This document shows positions 27,035 through 37,188 of a DNA stretch of 64,000 bases, piece by piece. This DNA comes from Candidatus Levyibacteriota bacterium. GTDB taxonomy: Bacteria; Patescibacteriota; Microgenomatia; Levybacterales; UBA12049. Both the position numbers and the translations under genes were made by a program. Below the pieces are notes generated by a model. That model made no database searches and had not been told where the DNA came from. It saw only the letters and a program-made list of their open reading frames with translations. Each line of letters begins with the position of its first letter. Position 1 is the first letter of the stretch. The stretch is from assembly GCA_043823085.1 (NCBI GenBank), contig JBDRBE010000004.1, positions 69,510 to 133,509 on the forward strand. The letters are read 5' to 3'.

Positions 27035-27711
27035 AATAATTGTCCCCGAAGAAGATTATAACTTTCTGCATAAGTAGTGCTAATCTCACAACCTCTAATT
27101 CCAGCAATTCTTCTCAAATTCTCTGGGCTTCTTGGAAATGGATCAGAACGAACTTGAGAGTTATGAAGCTTAAGAAGTTCAATTTTTTCTTCGAATACGT
27201 CAGAAATATCAAGATATAAATTTGGCTTAAAATTTTCATCTGTTGACCAAGAATATGGTTCTTCAGCCTCAAAGATTATCGAAGGCTGATGACGAAGCGT
27301 GTTGGGTAATGGACGAAAAGCTGTAATGCAGGCAAGAGCAGTAGCTCTATGGTCCTGATCAAAACTCGATCTAAATGGAATTCCAACAATATCAGGTTTA
27401 AATTTCTCTGATTCATCCTCAATTTTTTCTATCAGTTCCTTTTGTGGAATACTATCAAGACGCATAAATGCCTGTCCTGTAAAAACTAACGTGTAAGTGA
27501 AGTTGCCATATTTTGAAGCAGCTTTCATTTCAGGAATTCGTTTGTATTCTGTCGTTTGTTTAGTGAGAAATTGACGTGATTGTCCAACCGCCATATACAC
27601 TACATGTACTTTTGCTTTTTCTTTTTTGGCAAGCATTATTAGGCCTCCAAAACAGATCGCTTCATCGTCTGGATGAGTGGAAATTATGAGGATTTTTTTA
27701 TTCTTGAGCAT
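27031..27711 (-). CDS. PIG-L/LmbE-family N-deacetylase (possibly a deformylase)
   Basis: ILIISTHPDDEAICFGG, the HPDDE zinc motif. Confidence 0.7.
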   Translation of the reverse strand: MLKNKKILIISTHPDDEAICFGGLIMLAKKEKAKVHVVYMAVGQSRQFLTKQTTEYKRIPEMKAASKYGNFTYTLVFTGQAFMRLDSIPQKELIEKIEDESEKFKPDIVGIPFRSSFDQDHRATALACITAFRPLPNTLRHQPSIIFEAEEPYSWSTDENFKPNLYLDISDVFEEKIELLKLHNSQVRSDPFPRSPENLRRIAGIRGCEISTTYAESYNLLRGQLL

Positions 27712-27790
27712 AATAATTTTGATTATACCACAAATTATTTTTACAAAGTTAATCTTTTGTTCTTTGTTTTGGTATAATAAATAAGTTCCA

Positions 27791-28747
27791 ATGAATATAT
27801 TAATAACAGGAGGGGCGGGATTTATAGGGTCAAGTTTAATAGAAGCTCTCTTAAAAAAGGGTGAAAAAGTTTGTGTTGTAGATAATTTTAATTCTTATTA
27901 TAATCCAAAGTTTAAAAAAGAAAATATAAAAAATTTACTTGCGAAAAAAAAATTAAAAGTTGTTAAAGTAGATATTTTGGAAAAAGATGTTTTAAAGCAG
28001 CTTTTTGCCAAAGAAAAATTTAATAAAATCATCCATATTGCGGCATCGGTTGGAATCAGAAACTCACTCATGTTTCCAAACCAATATTCAAAAAACAATA
28101 TTGACGGAACAGAGCAGATGTTAAAATTTGCTGTTCAATTTGGAGTTGATCATTTTATTTTTGCTTCCTCATCGTCAATTTACGGAAATAATTCTTCGAC
28201 ACCATTTACTGAAAATGAGGTTATTGCTTCAAAATTAAATCCATACGCACATTCTAAAAAAGCCGCTGAGGAGCATTGTGAAACATATCATAAAAAATAT
28301 GGTATTCCTATTACTATTTTTAGATTTTTTACTGTTTATGGCCCGAAAGGCAGACCGGACATGGCGCCCTATATTTTTACCGAGTCAATTTTGAATGAAA
28401 AAAAAATTAAAGTATTTGGAGACGGAAGTGCACAGAGGGACTTTACCTATATAGACGATATCGTAAGAGGAATTATTTTGGGGTTGGAAAAGAAGTTTCC
28501 ATTCGAAATATTTAATTTGGGCAATTCATCACCGGTTAATATTTTGAATTTTATTAAAATTATAGAAAAAATTACCGGAAAAAAAGCAAATTTAGAATTT
28601 ATTTCTCCGATTCCTTCAGAAATGAAGAATACATACGCCAACATACGGAAAGCAGAAAAACTTTTAGGTTATAAGCCTAAAACCAGCATTGAAGAAGGAT
28701 TAGAAGCATTCATCAAATGGTATAAAGAAAATAGGATGCATAGATAA
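27791..28747 (+). CDS. NAD-dependent nucleotide-sugar epimerase (UDP-glucuronate / UDP-glucose 4-epimerase-like)
   Basis: MNILITGGAGFIGSSL, YAHSKKAAE (YxxxK), GDGSAQRDFTYIDD. Confidence 0.7.
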   Translation: MNILITGGAGFIGSSLIEALLKKGEKVCVVDNFNSYYNPKFKKENIKNLLAKKKLKVVKVDILEKDVLKQLFAKEKFNKIIHIAASVGIRNSLMFPNQYSKNNIDGTEQMLKFAVQFGVDHFIFASSSSIYGNNSSTPFTENEVIASKLNPYAHSKKAAEEHCETYHKKYGIPITIFRFFTVYGPKGRPDMAPYIFTESILNEKKIKVFGDGSAQRDFTYIDDIVRGIILGLEKKFPFEIFNLGNSSPVNILNFIKIIEKITGKKANLEFISPIPSEMKNTYANIRKAEKLLGYKPKTSIEEGLEAFIKWYKENRMHR

Positions 28748-28761
28748 AAATATTCACTCTT

Positions 28762-29925
28762 TTATTTTCCATAAAATTTTTTTATGCAGTTGATAATATA
28801 ATTCTGTTCTTTTTGCGTAATCTGGGGATACAAGGGTAATGTAAGAAGTTTTTCCCATTCAGTCTCTACAATTGGTAACTTAATTTTTGGATATAATTTT
28901 TTGTAAAATGGGTGAAAATGTAACGGCATATAATGCACACCGGAAGATATATTTTGCTCTTTTAGGAATAAACGCAGCTTATCTCTATCTTTGCACCGGA
29001 TGACATAATTATGTTGGGCAGAGATCATGTTTGGTTTTACTGCGGGACATTTAATTTCTTTTATTTTTGTTAATGCTTCATTGTATCGGCGAGCCAGCGT
29101 GTGTCGTTTGTGGTTTGCTTTATCAAGTTTTTCTAATTGAACAAGACCAATTGCTGCGTTGATATCATTCATGTGATATTTGTATCCTAATTCTACAACT
29201 TCGTAGTACCATCCATATGCTTTATACGGTTTCCTTTGTGCTTTAGAAATATCTTCTAGCCGTTCCCATGTATTTGTACTAATGCCTGCCCATCGTAACC
29301 GTCTTAGACGATCTGCAATAGTTTTATCTTTTACAGTTATCATTCCTCCATCGCCGGTTGCCAAATTTTTTACAGCGTGAAAACTAAAACAGGTAAAAGG
29401 ACTAATGCTCCCAATTTTTTTACCATTATAAGACGAACCGCAGGCATGAGCGGCGTCCTCGATAATAATAAGATTATGTCGTTTTGCTATTTTTTGCAAT
29501 CCATTTAAATCAGCCGGATGGCCTCCATAGTGTACGGGAATTATGGCTTTTGTTCGTTTCGTGATTTTCTTTTTGACATCACTTGGAGAGATGCATAATG
29601 TTCCTTCTTCAATATCGGCAAACACCGGAGTTGCTCCAACATATAGTACAGCGTGGGCAGTTGATACAAAAGTAAGAGCAGGAATAATAACTTCATCTCC
29701 TTTTTTAATACCGGCTGTAAGCAAAGCAAGATGTAAGGCGGCAGTAGCTGAATTTAATGCAATAGCGTATGGTGCGTCTGTGTAGGCAGCAAAACATTTC
29801 TCAAATTCTTGGGTTTTAGGGCCAAGACCAATCCAACCGGATTTCATAACTTGACTTACAGCCTTTATTTCCTCTTTTCCATAATTTGGCCGAAAAACCG
29901 GTATAAGTTTTTGTTTTAGAAACAT
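28762..29925 (-). CDS. DegT/DnrJ/EryC1/StrS-family PLP-dependent sugar aminotransferase (ArnB-like)
   Basis: DAAHACGS and SFHAVKNLATGDGGM (PLP lysine). 387 aa. Confidence 0.8.
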   Translation of the reverse strand: MFLKQKLIPVFRPNYGKEEIKAVSQVMKSGWIGLGPKTQEFEKCFAAYTDAPYAIALNSATAALHLALLTAGIKKGDEVIIPALTFVSTAHAVLYVGATPVFADIEEGTLCISPSDVKKKITKRTKAIIPVHYGGHPADLNGLQKIAKRHNLIIIEDAAHACGSSYNGKKIGSISPFTCFSFHAVKNLATGDGGMITVKDKTIADRLRRLRWAGISTNTWERLEDISKAQRKPYKAYGWYYEVVELGYKYHMNDINAAIGLVQLEKLDKANHKRHTLARRYNEALTKIKEIKCPAVKPNMISAQHNYVIRCKDRDKLRLFLKEQNISSGVHYMPLHFHPFYKKLYPKIKLPIVETEWEKLLTLPLYPQITQKEQNYIINCIKKFYGK

Positions 29926-31133
29926 TAGTTATCCCCCTTTTTTAAAGAAAGCATTTTGCCAAATGCTTCTTCCAATACTTTATCTGCTTTATACATATTG
30001 TATAATTTATCGACTCCCTTTCTCATACTTTCTAGCAGAGAGGGGTTTTTATAAATTTTTTGCAAGTGCTGTCTTATATCTTCAGGATTATTATCTACAA
30101 TAATTCCTGCATTATAGTCATGAATGTATTTTGCAAAGTAGGGAACTGTGGTTATAATAATTGGTAGTCTTTGACTAATATATCGTCTGCATCTACCCGA
30201 GGTCAGAAACCAATTAGGGCTGGTAGGATGAGCCGGATATAGTCCTAAAGCCATGTGACATTGTGAAAAAATCTTGGCTATTTCTTCACCTCTGTCCTCA
30301 AAGCCATAGAAGGTAATTTTTTTATCAACCTTTTTCTGTTTTGCGTATTCTTTTAAAGATTTTTCTTCCGGTCCCGATCCTATAATTCTTAGCTGTACAT
30401 CCATGCCATTTTTAATACAGCTATGAATGACATCAATAGATTCATATGCACCAGTACTGCGGCGCAATGATCCAAGGAATGCCAAGCGAAGTGGAGGCGG
30501 AGGCGATGGTTTTTTCGTCTCTATCCTTTGAAAAAAATATCCTTGAACAAGTTGCTTTACAACAGTTTTTGGAAGCAAACCAAATTTTTCTTTATCGCAT
30601 TCTAAAAGTCGGGGGGTTGTATACCAGATTTCATCTACGTGTTTTCGAACATAACCTTGTATCATATCTATTCCTCGATAGTATAAACTGCGGAGAAATT
30701 CTGAAGGGATTGGAAAGAAATCAAACATTCGGAAAACTATTTTGTTGCATTTGAGTATGCCGAGTTTTCGTAAGATTACCGCGACAAATGCGGGTAAAAA
30801 GTGTTGAGCATAAAAAATATCACATTTGAAACTAATCTTTTTTAAAGAGCGAAGCAAATCAAAGGTTACAGAGAAAAGAGCTTTTGGGATATAAATAAAA
30901 TAGAGGATTGGTCCTGCTGCTTTTAAATTATTTTTAATATATATATCTTCGCCAATAAGTTTCCCTTTAACATAACAGAATAGTCTGCTAGGCGGTATAT
31001 TGGACATCTGTCCCAAGCTCATGATAAACACATCAACTTTTTCAAATCTTTCTTTGAGAAATAGAGTTACTGGTTGATCTTTTTCATAAGGCAGTTCCGC
31101 AGAAAAAACATGTTTATTCCAAAATTTTGCCAT
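29925..31133 (-). CDS. Putative glycosyltransferase (GT-B)
   Basis: 402 aa with a GT-B-like C-terminal half. Contains a short Pro run (PSPPPP) encoded by a GC-rich patch. Confidence 0.4.
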   Translation of the reverse strand: MAKFWNKHVFSAELPYEKDQPVTLFLKERFEKVDVFIMSLGQMSNIPPSRLFCYVKGKLIGEDIYIKNNLKAAGPILYFIYIPKALFSVTFDLLRSLKKISFKCDIFYAQHFLPAFVAVILRKLGILKCNKIVFRMFDFFPIPSEFLRSLYYRGIDMIQGYVRKHVDEIWYTTPRLLECDKEKFGLLPKTVVKQLVQGYFFQRIETKKPSPPPPLRLAFLGSLRRSTGAYESIDVIHSCIKNGMDVQLRIIGSGPEEKSLKEYAKQKKVDKKITFYGFEDRGEEIAKIFSQCHMALGLYPAHPTSPNWFLTSGRCRRYISQRLPIIITTVPYFAKYIHDYNAGIIVDNNPEDIRQHLQKIYKNPSLLESMRKGVDKLYNMYKADKVLEEAFGKMLSLKKGDN

Positions 31134-31181
31134 AGATATTTGTATTTATACTTTGAGAGATTATATCAGAATAAATGTTTC

Positions 31182-32030
31182 TTAGGAAGTTCTTATATTT
31201 TTTATCTTTTTCATTATTACATGATAATGTGGAGAAAACCGATCATCATGATCGACGCAGTCTATTATATATCCTAAGGAATTCGATAGGGTAAAAATAA
31301 AAGGTGAAAATAATAAGAGAGAAATTTTTACAAATATATTTTTTTCCATTATCTTTCGTATTACATATTGATTTATCAGCATCGAAATTGTTGTCCCAAA
31401 ATAGGAAGAAGCTTTTATGGAAATAATTTTAAATCCTGTTTTCTTTGCGATAACAATAAATCCTCCTTTTGTGAAACGCTGAAAATCCAATTCAATTCCT
31501 CCATGGTCTCTGTATAAGAATGGCATAGTTGTTATGCATAATCCATTCATTTTAAGGACTCTATTCGCTTCTATGTAAAATCTTTCAGGATCGTTAATGT
31601 GCTCAAGAACATCAAAACTGCAGTAGCAATCAAAAGAATTATTTTTGAATGGTAAATCAAGAGCGTTACAGATTTTGTCTAGTTTTGATAAGTTTCTCAT
31701 CTCCCCATATAATATTTGGGTTATTTTTCCAAATTTATTGATAGCCTTTTTACATTTCTTAAATGGTTCATCCCAAGAATTATAATCTGTGGCGGTATAT
31801 GTTCGAATTTTTTTGTTTAATGATAATGCTTGATTCTTAAATAAATCAGTACCGGCGCCTGTTTCAATAACATTACCATAGAGATTCATTAATAATTTGT
31901 TATTTCCAGTGCCATTATTTTTAAAATCAAGCCAGTGTGGATAAATTGGCAATTTAATAATAAGATTAGTGATAAATTCCATATTTCTTACGCTGATTTT
32001 GCACAATAGGAAATTTAGTGTATTATACAT
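31182..32030 (-). CDS. Class I SAM-dependent methyltransferase
   Basis: VIETGAGTD motif I and FDVLEHINDPERF. Confidence 0.55.
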   Translation of the reverse strand: MYNTLNFLLCKISVRNMEFITNLIIKLPIYPHWLDFKNNGTGNNKLLMNLYGNVIETGAGTDLFKNQALSLNKKIRTYTATDYNSWDEPFKKCKKAINKFGKITQILYGEMRNLSKLDKICNALDLPFKNNSFDCYCSFDVLEHINDPERFYIEANRVLKMNGLCITTMPFLYRDHGGIELDFQRFTKGGFIVIAKKTGFKIISIKASSYFGTTISMLINQYVIRKIMEKNIFVKISLLLFSPFIFTLSNSLGYIIDCVDHDDRFSPHYHVIMKKIKNIRTS

Positions 32031-32052
32031 TAAGCTTTAATAGACCCGCAAT

Positions 32053-33045
32053 ATGTTGCCAATTATATCAATTGTCATTCCGACATATAATGAAGAAGAA
32101 AATATTAAGAGATGCGTCGATTCAATCTATAAGCAAGAATATCCAAAAAAACTTCTGGAAGTACTTCTTGTTGATAATTACTCCCAAGATAAAACTTTAG
32201 AAATCGCGAAGAAATATCCTGTAATTATTTTGACTAATAAGATTAAAGATGTCCAAGTAAGCAAAATGATAGGCCTTAAAAATGCAAAAGGAGAGCTTTT
32301 ATATTTTATGGATGCCGATTCAGAATTTAAATCAAACGATTATCTAAGAAAATTAGTATGTCCCCTATTAAATAATCCACTTATTGTCGGTTCTTTTGGG
32401 ACGATATGTCAGGCGCCAAATGACAATAGTTTAAACAGATTTTTAACTTACGACATCCTTCAACGGGATCCGGTGCTTGAATATTTCTCTCCATCGGTTT
32501 ATTCAACTGTTATAGAAAAACAAAAAGATTATTTTCTATGTAAATATGAAATTAATAAAATAGCGCCTGAAGGTAGATGTTTATTTTGGAAAAAAAAACT
32601 AATGCAAGCTTCGATTGTAAAAGGAAAAAAATTTATGGATTTGGATGCTCTTGCAATTTTGGTTGAGTATGGTTTTTGTTATTTTGCTTTTGTTTCAAAT
32701 GCAAAGACTTATCATCATCATGTGCAAGGTTTAACTTCTCTTATTAAGAAGCGATTAAGGAATATCAACAGAAATTATATTCCGCATTATGAGACCAGGC
32801 ATTATAAATGGTTTAACTTAAACAGTAAAAAAGACGTGATAAGAATTATTCTTTGGATTTTCTACGCACATCTTATTTTTCCGGCTTTTATCAAGGGTCT
32901 TATAAAATCTATAAAACATAAGGATTTATGGTGTCTTTGGTATGAACCCATGCTTGTTTTGTTGCTTACAGATATTACTCTGTTTGGTTTTTTGCGTGAG
33001 TCGCAAGGAAGAAAATTTATATTTTCCGCTTTTAACCTAAAATAA
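32053..33045 (+). CDS. Family 2 glycosyltransferase (GT-A)
   Basis: ISIVIPTYNEEENIKRCVDS...LLVDNYSQDKT. Confidence 0.7.
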   Translation: MLPIISIVIPTYNEEENIKRCVDSIYKQEYPKKLLEVLLVDNYSQDKTLEIAKKYPVIILTNKIKDVQVSKMIGLKNAKGELLYFMDADSEFKSNDYLRKLVCPLLNNPLIVGSFGTICQAPNDNSLNRFLTYDILQRDPVLEYFSPSVYSTVIEKQKDYFLCKYEINKIAPEGRCLFWKKKLMQASIVKGKKFMDLDALAILVEYGFCYFAFVSNAKTYHHHVQGLTSLIKKRLRNINRNYIPHYETRHYKWFNLNSKKDVIRIILWIFYAHLIFPAFIKGLIKSIKHKDLWCLWYEPMLVLLLTDITLFGFLRESQGRKFIFSAFNLK

Positions 33046-33147
33046 AAGAGAAAAGATAAGATATCTGGCAAAAGCAAATTGCAACGTGCTAGACGATATA
33101 GTATAATTCAAAAAAACGTAAGAAAACGCTTTTTTAGTCTACTTTTT

Positions 33148-33894
33148 ATGGAAATTTCACAATATTATCAAACAGGCCGCTATGTGAATAGAAATATTAA
33201 TGAATCAGAAATCATCTACCGCATGAAATATCTTATAAAAGCTCTTAAGGGTTATAGGTTTAAAACTGTTTTGGATGCGGCTTGTGGAGACGGAGGACTA
33301 GGAAAACTGATAAAAGAAAAATGGGGAGTTAAAGTTTATGGTGCAGATATATCTAGAAAAGGAGTCCGTTTGGCAAGAAAGTTTGGAGTAGAGGCAAAAG
33401 TTTGCGATCTTTCCGAAAAAATTCCTTTTAAAGACAAATCATTTGACATGGTTTTCTCAAGTGAATCAATAGAGCATTTTGTTAATCCGGACAAGTTTTT
33501 AAGGGAAGTGAATCGAGTTTTAAAACCAAAAGGAATAATCGTTATTACCAGTCCAAATCTTTCTTCATGGCTTAATCGTATACTTTTTTTATTTGGTATT
33601 TATCCGATAGCTTTAGAGGCAAGTACAGAAAAACTAGTGGGACTTGGAATATTATCAAAATTTGCTAATGGAGATCAGGTGGTTGGTCATATTCATTTAT
33701 TTAACTATCGCGCACTTCGTGATATTCTTCTTTACCATGGATATGCAATTAAAAAAGTTGTAGGAATGCCGATGGATTATGAAAGCCCGCGTTCGCGCTT
33801 GTTGACAAAAATGTACCGCATTGTTGATTCATTCTTTTCAGCTTTCATACCATTGAGCTCAAATTACGTTGTAGTCGCCCGAAAGATAAAATAA
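33148..33894 (+). CDS. Class I SAM-dependent methyltransferase
   Basis: VLDAACGDGGLGKLI and VLKPKGIIVITSPN. ATG start chosen; the ORF track starts at the TTG at 33079. Confidence 0.65.
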   Translation: MEISQYYQTGRYVNRNINESEIIYRMKYLIKALKGYRFKTVLDAACGDGGLGKLIKEKWGVKVYGADISRKGVRLARKFGVEAKVCDLSEKIPFKDKSFDMVFSSESIEHFVNPDKFLREVNRVLKPKGIIVITSPNLSSWLNRILFLFGIYPIALEASTEKLVGLGILSKFANGDQVVGHIHLFNYRALRDILLYHGYAIKKVVGMPMDYESPRSRLLTKMYRIVDSFFSAFIPLSSNYVVVARKIK

Positions 33895-33898
33895 AAAA

Positions 33899-34249
33899 AT
33901 GCAAAGAAGAGAAAAAATCAAATATTTCTCAATATTACTTTTGATAGTTTTTTTCGCAGGCTATATTACGGATATATTTTTTATAAAACCAGTGTTGAGC
34001 TATACTGATTGGCCTTCGGATATAAGATTATTTGCCCTTTTATTTTTGTGGCTTTTTATTGGAAAAATTTCAAATTTTAAAGGCATGGCAACCTTTAAGC
34101 TGACTTTAATATTTGTAGTTATTCTTTCTTTTCTTTTTATTTTTTTTCGGACTCATTTTTCAACCGAGCGATTGGCGTCGTGGGTATTTGTCTATTTAGC
34201 AACAGGAGTTATTCAACAATTGTTCGAAACAAGGAAAAAAACTGTTTAA
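33899..34249 (+). CDS. Small 4-TM membrane protein (GtrA-like flippase candidate), paralog of 13817..14152
   Basis: 116 aa. ITDIFFIK / ..GVIQQLFETRKK align with ISDIFLIR / ..GIIQELFISKKN of the paralog. Confidence 0.45.
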   Translation: MQRREKIKYFSILLLIVFFAGYITDIFFIKPVLSYTDWPSDIRLFALLFLWLFIGKISNFKGMATFKLTLIFVVILSFLFIFFRTHFSTERLASWVFVYLATGVIQQLFETRKKTV

Positions 34250-34253
34250 GATA

Positions 34254-35288
34254 CTAATTTTTTGCCAAATAGAAATGAAGGTTGGTATAGTCGTATAGCG
34301 CGTTGTCAGGATCCTTAAAACCCATTATTAAATCATCCAAAGATTTAAACTCCGGTAAAAGACCTAGATTTGTTCCATGATGTTGAATAAGAAATGTTTT
34401 TATAAGTATCCACTTCACAATGCTCGGCATTCTTATAAAATAAGGAGGATAGCATGAAACAGCAAATCTAAGTTTAAATCCAAGTTTTTTAAACATATTA
34501 AGGAACTCAACAATTTTTTTCTCTTTTAAAAACATTGCATGAAATTCCATGATGATATGTACGTTTTGAAGTTTTTTAAACATGTCGTAGTTGCCTTTAA
34601 CCAAGTTGTATTCGTATCCTTCGATGTCCCATCTAAAAAGAAGGTTTTTTTGAGGGATTTTATATTTTGCGAACAATGTTTTTAAGGAATACATATCTAT
34701 TCTTTCTTTAACAAAGTTGGATGAGTATCTTTCATTTCCAGTGACCCCCTCTATTTGCGTATAATTTCCTTGGGGAGGAACAATCAGATTTATTTTTTTA
34801 TTTTTTTCTCCAATCGCCGCATGAATGAGCGTAATGTTAGATACATTGTTTAATTTTATGTTCTCTTTGAGGAGAGCCATATTCCTGGAAACCGGCTCAA
34901 CAGCATAAATATGCATTTTCTTCTTGAGAGCTTGTTTGAGGATAGCATTTTCATAGCAGACATAATAACCAATATTTGCACCAATTTCTACTATTGTATT
35001 AATTTTTTGCCTGTATTCTTTTAGGAATTTTTTAAAATATAGAACATTAGGATATTCTCTAAGTCTTCCAATAAAAAGATCAATTGCTATCCCTTCATCG
35101 TTTAAATCAAGCATCATTTTGTAGTTTATTTTATCGATTTTGATATCAACTATTGGATTTTTATTGATTTTTTTAGCGCGATTTAACCCGGGGTAAAATC
35201 TATAAATGTAGAGTGCGTAGCAAAATACTCCCCGAATTCTTACAAGAAAATAATTTCTTAAATTGATAAAGTTTGATTTCTTTAGCAT
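34254..35288 (-). CDS. FkbM-family methyltransferase
   Basis: VEIGANIGYYVCYE matches the FkbM-domain signature. Confidence 0.6.
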   Translation of the reverse strand: MLKKSNFINLRNYFLVRIRGVFCYALYIYRFYPGLNRAKKINKNPIVDIKIDKINYKMMLDLNDEGIAIDLFIGRLREYPNVLYFKKFLKEYRQKINTIVEIGANIGYYVCYENAILKQALKKKMHIYAVEPVSRNMALLKENIKLNNVSNITLIHAAIGEKNKKINLIVPPQGNYTQIEGVTGNERYSSNFVKERIDMYSLKTLFAKYKIPQKNLLFRWDIEGYEYNLVKGNYDMFKKLQNVHIIMEFHAMFLKEKKIVEFLNMFKKLGFKLRFAVSCYPPYFIRMPSIVKWILIKTFLIQHHGTNLGLLPEFKSLDDLIMGFKDPDNALYDYTNLHFYLAKN

Positions 35289-35410
35289 GAATTTGTAAAA
35301 CGTTTTGACCCAGAAGTAACATTATAATATAAAACTTTATCTTTTCAAATAGCCCTTTTATGCCTAAACTAAAGTCAGAGGTTTTACAAGTGTTTGAATA
35401 TTGAGGTATA

Positions 35411-36346
35411 ATGTATCTTATGTTAAGTGTTATAGTACCGCTTTTTAATGAGGAGGAAAGTCTGCCGTTTCTTTTGGCTGAAATTAAAAAAGCATTATTT
35501 GGCATTTCTGGAGAATATGAAGTTATTTTTGTCGACGATGGCTCAAAAGATAAATCATTGGATATTCTAAAAAAATTTGCCAAAGACGATAAAAATGTCA
35601 GGATTTTTTCTTTTCGCAAAAACATTGGTAAGGCAGAAGCGCTAACCTTAGGCTTTCAAAAAGCAAGAGGTGATTATATCGTTACTCTAGATGCTGATTT
35701 ACAGGATAAACCTTCGGAAATATTCAAGCTTATAAAAAAAATAAAAGATGGCTATGATTTAGTCTGCGCATGGAGAAAAGACAGGCAAGACCCTTTTTTA
35801 AAAATAATTTCTTCAAAATTATTTAATTTTCTTGCCGGATCTTTCTGGGGGCTTAAATTGCATGACTATAACTGCGGATTAAAACTTTATAATCAAGAAT
35901 CTGTAAAAGGTCTTCATCTTTATGGAGGAATGCACAGATTTATTCCGTTAATTATCCATCAACAAGGATTTAAGGTGACCGAAGTGGCTGTTTCTCACGA
36001 GAAAAGAAAGTTTGGAAAGTCAAAGTACGGATTTTCAAAACTTTGGAAAGACCTGCCCGATTTATTTACGATGCTTTTTTTAACAAAATATGGTAACCGT
36101 CCATTGCATTTTTTTGGCATGGTCGGATGCGTTCTTTTATTGCTTGGTGTATTAATTTTAGGTTATTTAACTGTCATTCATTTCCAGGGCCAGGCTATAG
36201 GAACTAGGCCATTACTGTTTTTTGGCATGCTGCTTATCTTAAGTGGATTTCAGGTTTTTTTTAGCGGTTTCCTGGCAGATTTGATGATAAATAAATCTTA
36301 TAAAAAAGATGCGATAGAATTTCCTCTAAAATACTCAAGCGAGTAA
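35411..36346 (+). CDS. Polyprenyl-phosphate glycosyltransferase (GtrB/ArnC/DPM1-like GT2 with C-terminal TM helices)
   Basis: LSVIVPLFNEEESLPFL..FVDDGSKDKS, DADLQDKP, and two C-terminal TM helices. Confidence 0.75.
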   Translation: MYLMLSVIVPLFNEEESLPFLLAEIKKALFGISGEYEVIFVDDGSKDKSLDILKKFAKDDKNVRIFSFRKNIGKAEALTLGFQKARGDYIVTLDADLQDKPSEIFKLIKKIKDGYDLVCAWRKDRQDPFLKIISSKLFNFLAGSFWGLKLHDYNCGLKLYNQESVKGLHLYGGMHRFIPLIIHQQGFKVTEVAVSHEKRKFGKSKYGFSKLWKDLPDLFTMLFLTKYGNRPLHFFGMVGCVLLLLGVLILGYLTVIHFQGQAIGTRPLLFFGMLLILSGFQVFFSGFLADLMINKSYKKDAIEFPLKYSSE

Positions 36347-36943
36347 TTACTTCTCAACAAGTATCATAACCCATGGGAAAGGAGATTTTGAATTTTGAAC
36401 TATTAAATTTTGTTTTTGCATAAGTTGTTTAAACGTAGATAAATTCCAGTGATTAATGTGCCCTTCGTCATTTCCTAGTCTTTTTACATTTTTTCCCCGT
36501 AAGAAATTGCTTATTCTAAAAAACGGTTCATTTGGGACAGAAATTATGGTATATTTTTTGGAAACTCTCATAATTTCGGAAATTGCTTTTTTTGGCTCTT
36601 TTAAGTGTTCCATAACTTCGAGACAAAGAACAAGATCAAAAGAGTTGTCTTTATAAGGAAGTTTGTAAATATCAGCATATTTTAAAGAAAGGTTGGGGAA
36701 TAGTTCAGCTCCTATTGATAATGAATTGTGTGAATTATCAACGCCTTCAAGTTTTTTACCAACATTATTGATGAGGAATTCATTCAAAGTAAAACCTTCC
36801 CCGCAGCCGACATCAAGAATAGTTTTTGGATTAAGCGGTTTTACCAAAGAAAAAAGAGCTTGGTAGAAGTTTTTTATTAAAAACTTTTGCACGGGGTTTT
36901 TGGTTGTATGTTTTAGAAAATTAGAAGATTGATTTCCAATCAT
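36347..36943 (-). CDS. Class I SAM-dependent methyltransferase
   Basis: ILDVGCGEGFTLNEF and LVLCLEVMEHL. Confidence 0.65.
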   Translation of the reverse strand: MIGNQSSNFLKHTTKNPVQKFLIKNFYQALFSLVKPLNPKTILDVGCGEGFTLNEFLINNVGKKLEGVDNSHNSLSIGAELFPNLSLKYADIYKLPYKDNSFDLVLCLEVMEHLKEPKKAISEIMRVSKKYTIISVPNEPFFRISNFLRGKNVKRLGNDEGHINHWNLSTFKQLMQKQNLIVQNSKSPFPWVMILVEK

Positions 36944-36945
36944 GT

Positions 36946-37188
36946 ATGAATTATGATGTAAAAAGTATGAAGATTCAAGATGTTATGTTCTTTGTAATTT
37001 TTGCAGTTCTTTTGTGGAGAAGAGACCCGAAATTGGCAGTTCTTGCCGGTTTAGTTTGTCTTGTCGTATCGATTCCTCTTTTTAATCTCTGGGTATTTTT
37101 TACCGCCGAGAGACTGACATGGTACGCGGGAGCCTTTTTCTTTTTGTCGATAATTTTTTACCTCATTAATTCTAAAAAAGAAAAATGA
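36946..37188 (+). CDS. Small membrane protein (80 aa)
   Basis: Two or three hydrophobic helices. Stop overlaps the start of the downstream DMT transporter. Confidence 0.4.
   Translation: MNYDVKSMKIQDVMFFVIFAVLLWRRDPKLAVLAGLVCLVVSIPLFNLWVFFTAERLTWYAGAFFFLSIIFYLINSKKEK

Noticed and set aside
30481-30515. GC-rich ggaggcggaggcg patch encoding PSPPPP inside the minus-strand GT 29925..31133
   Set aside because: Short, no inverted repeats. A Pro-rich linker is sufficient explanation.
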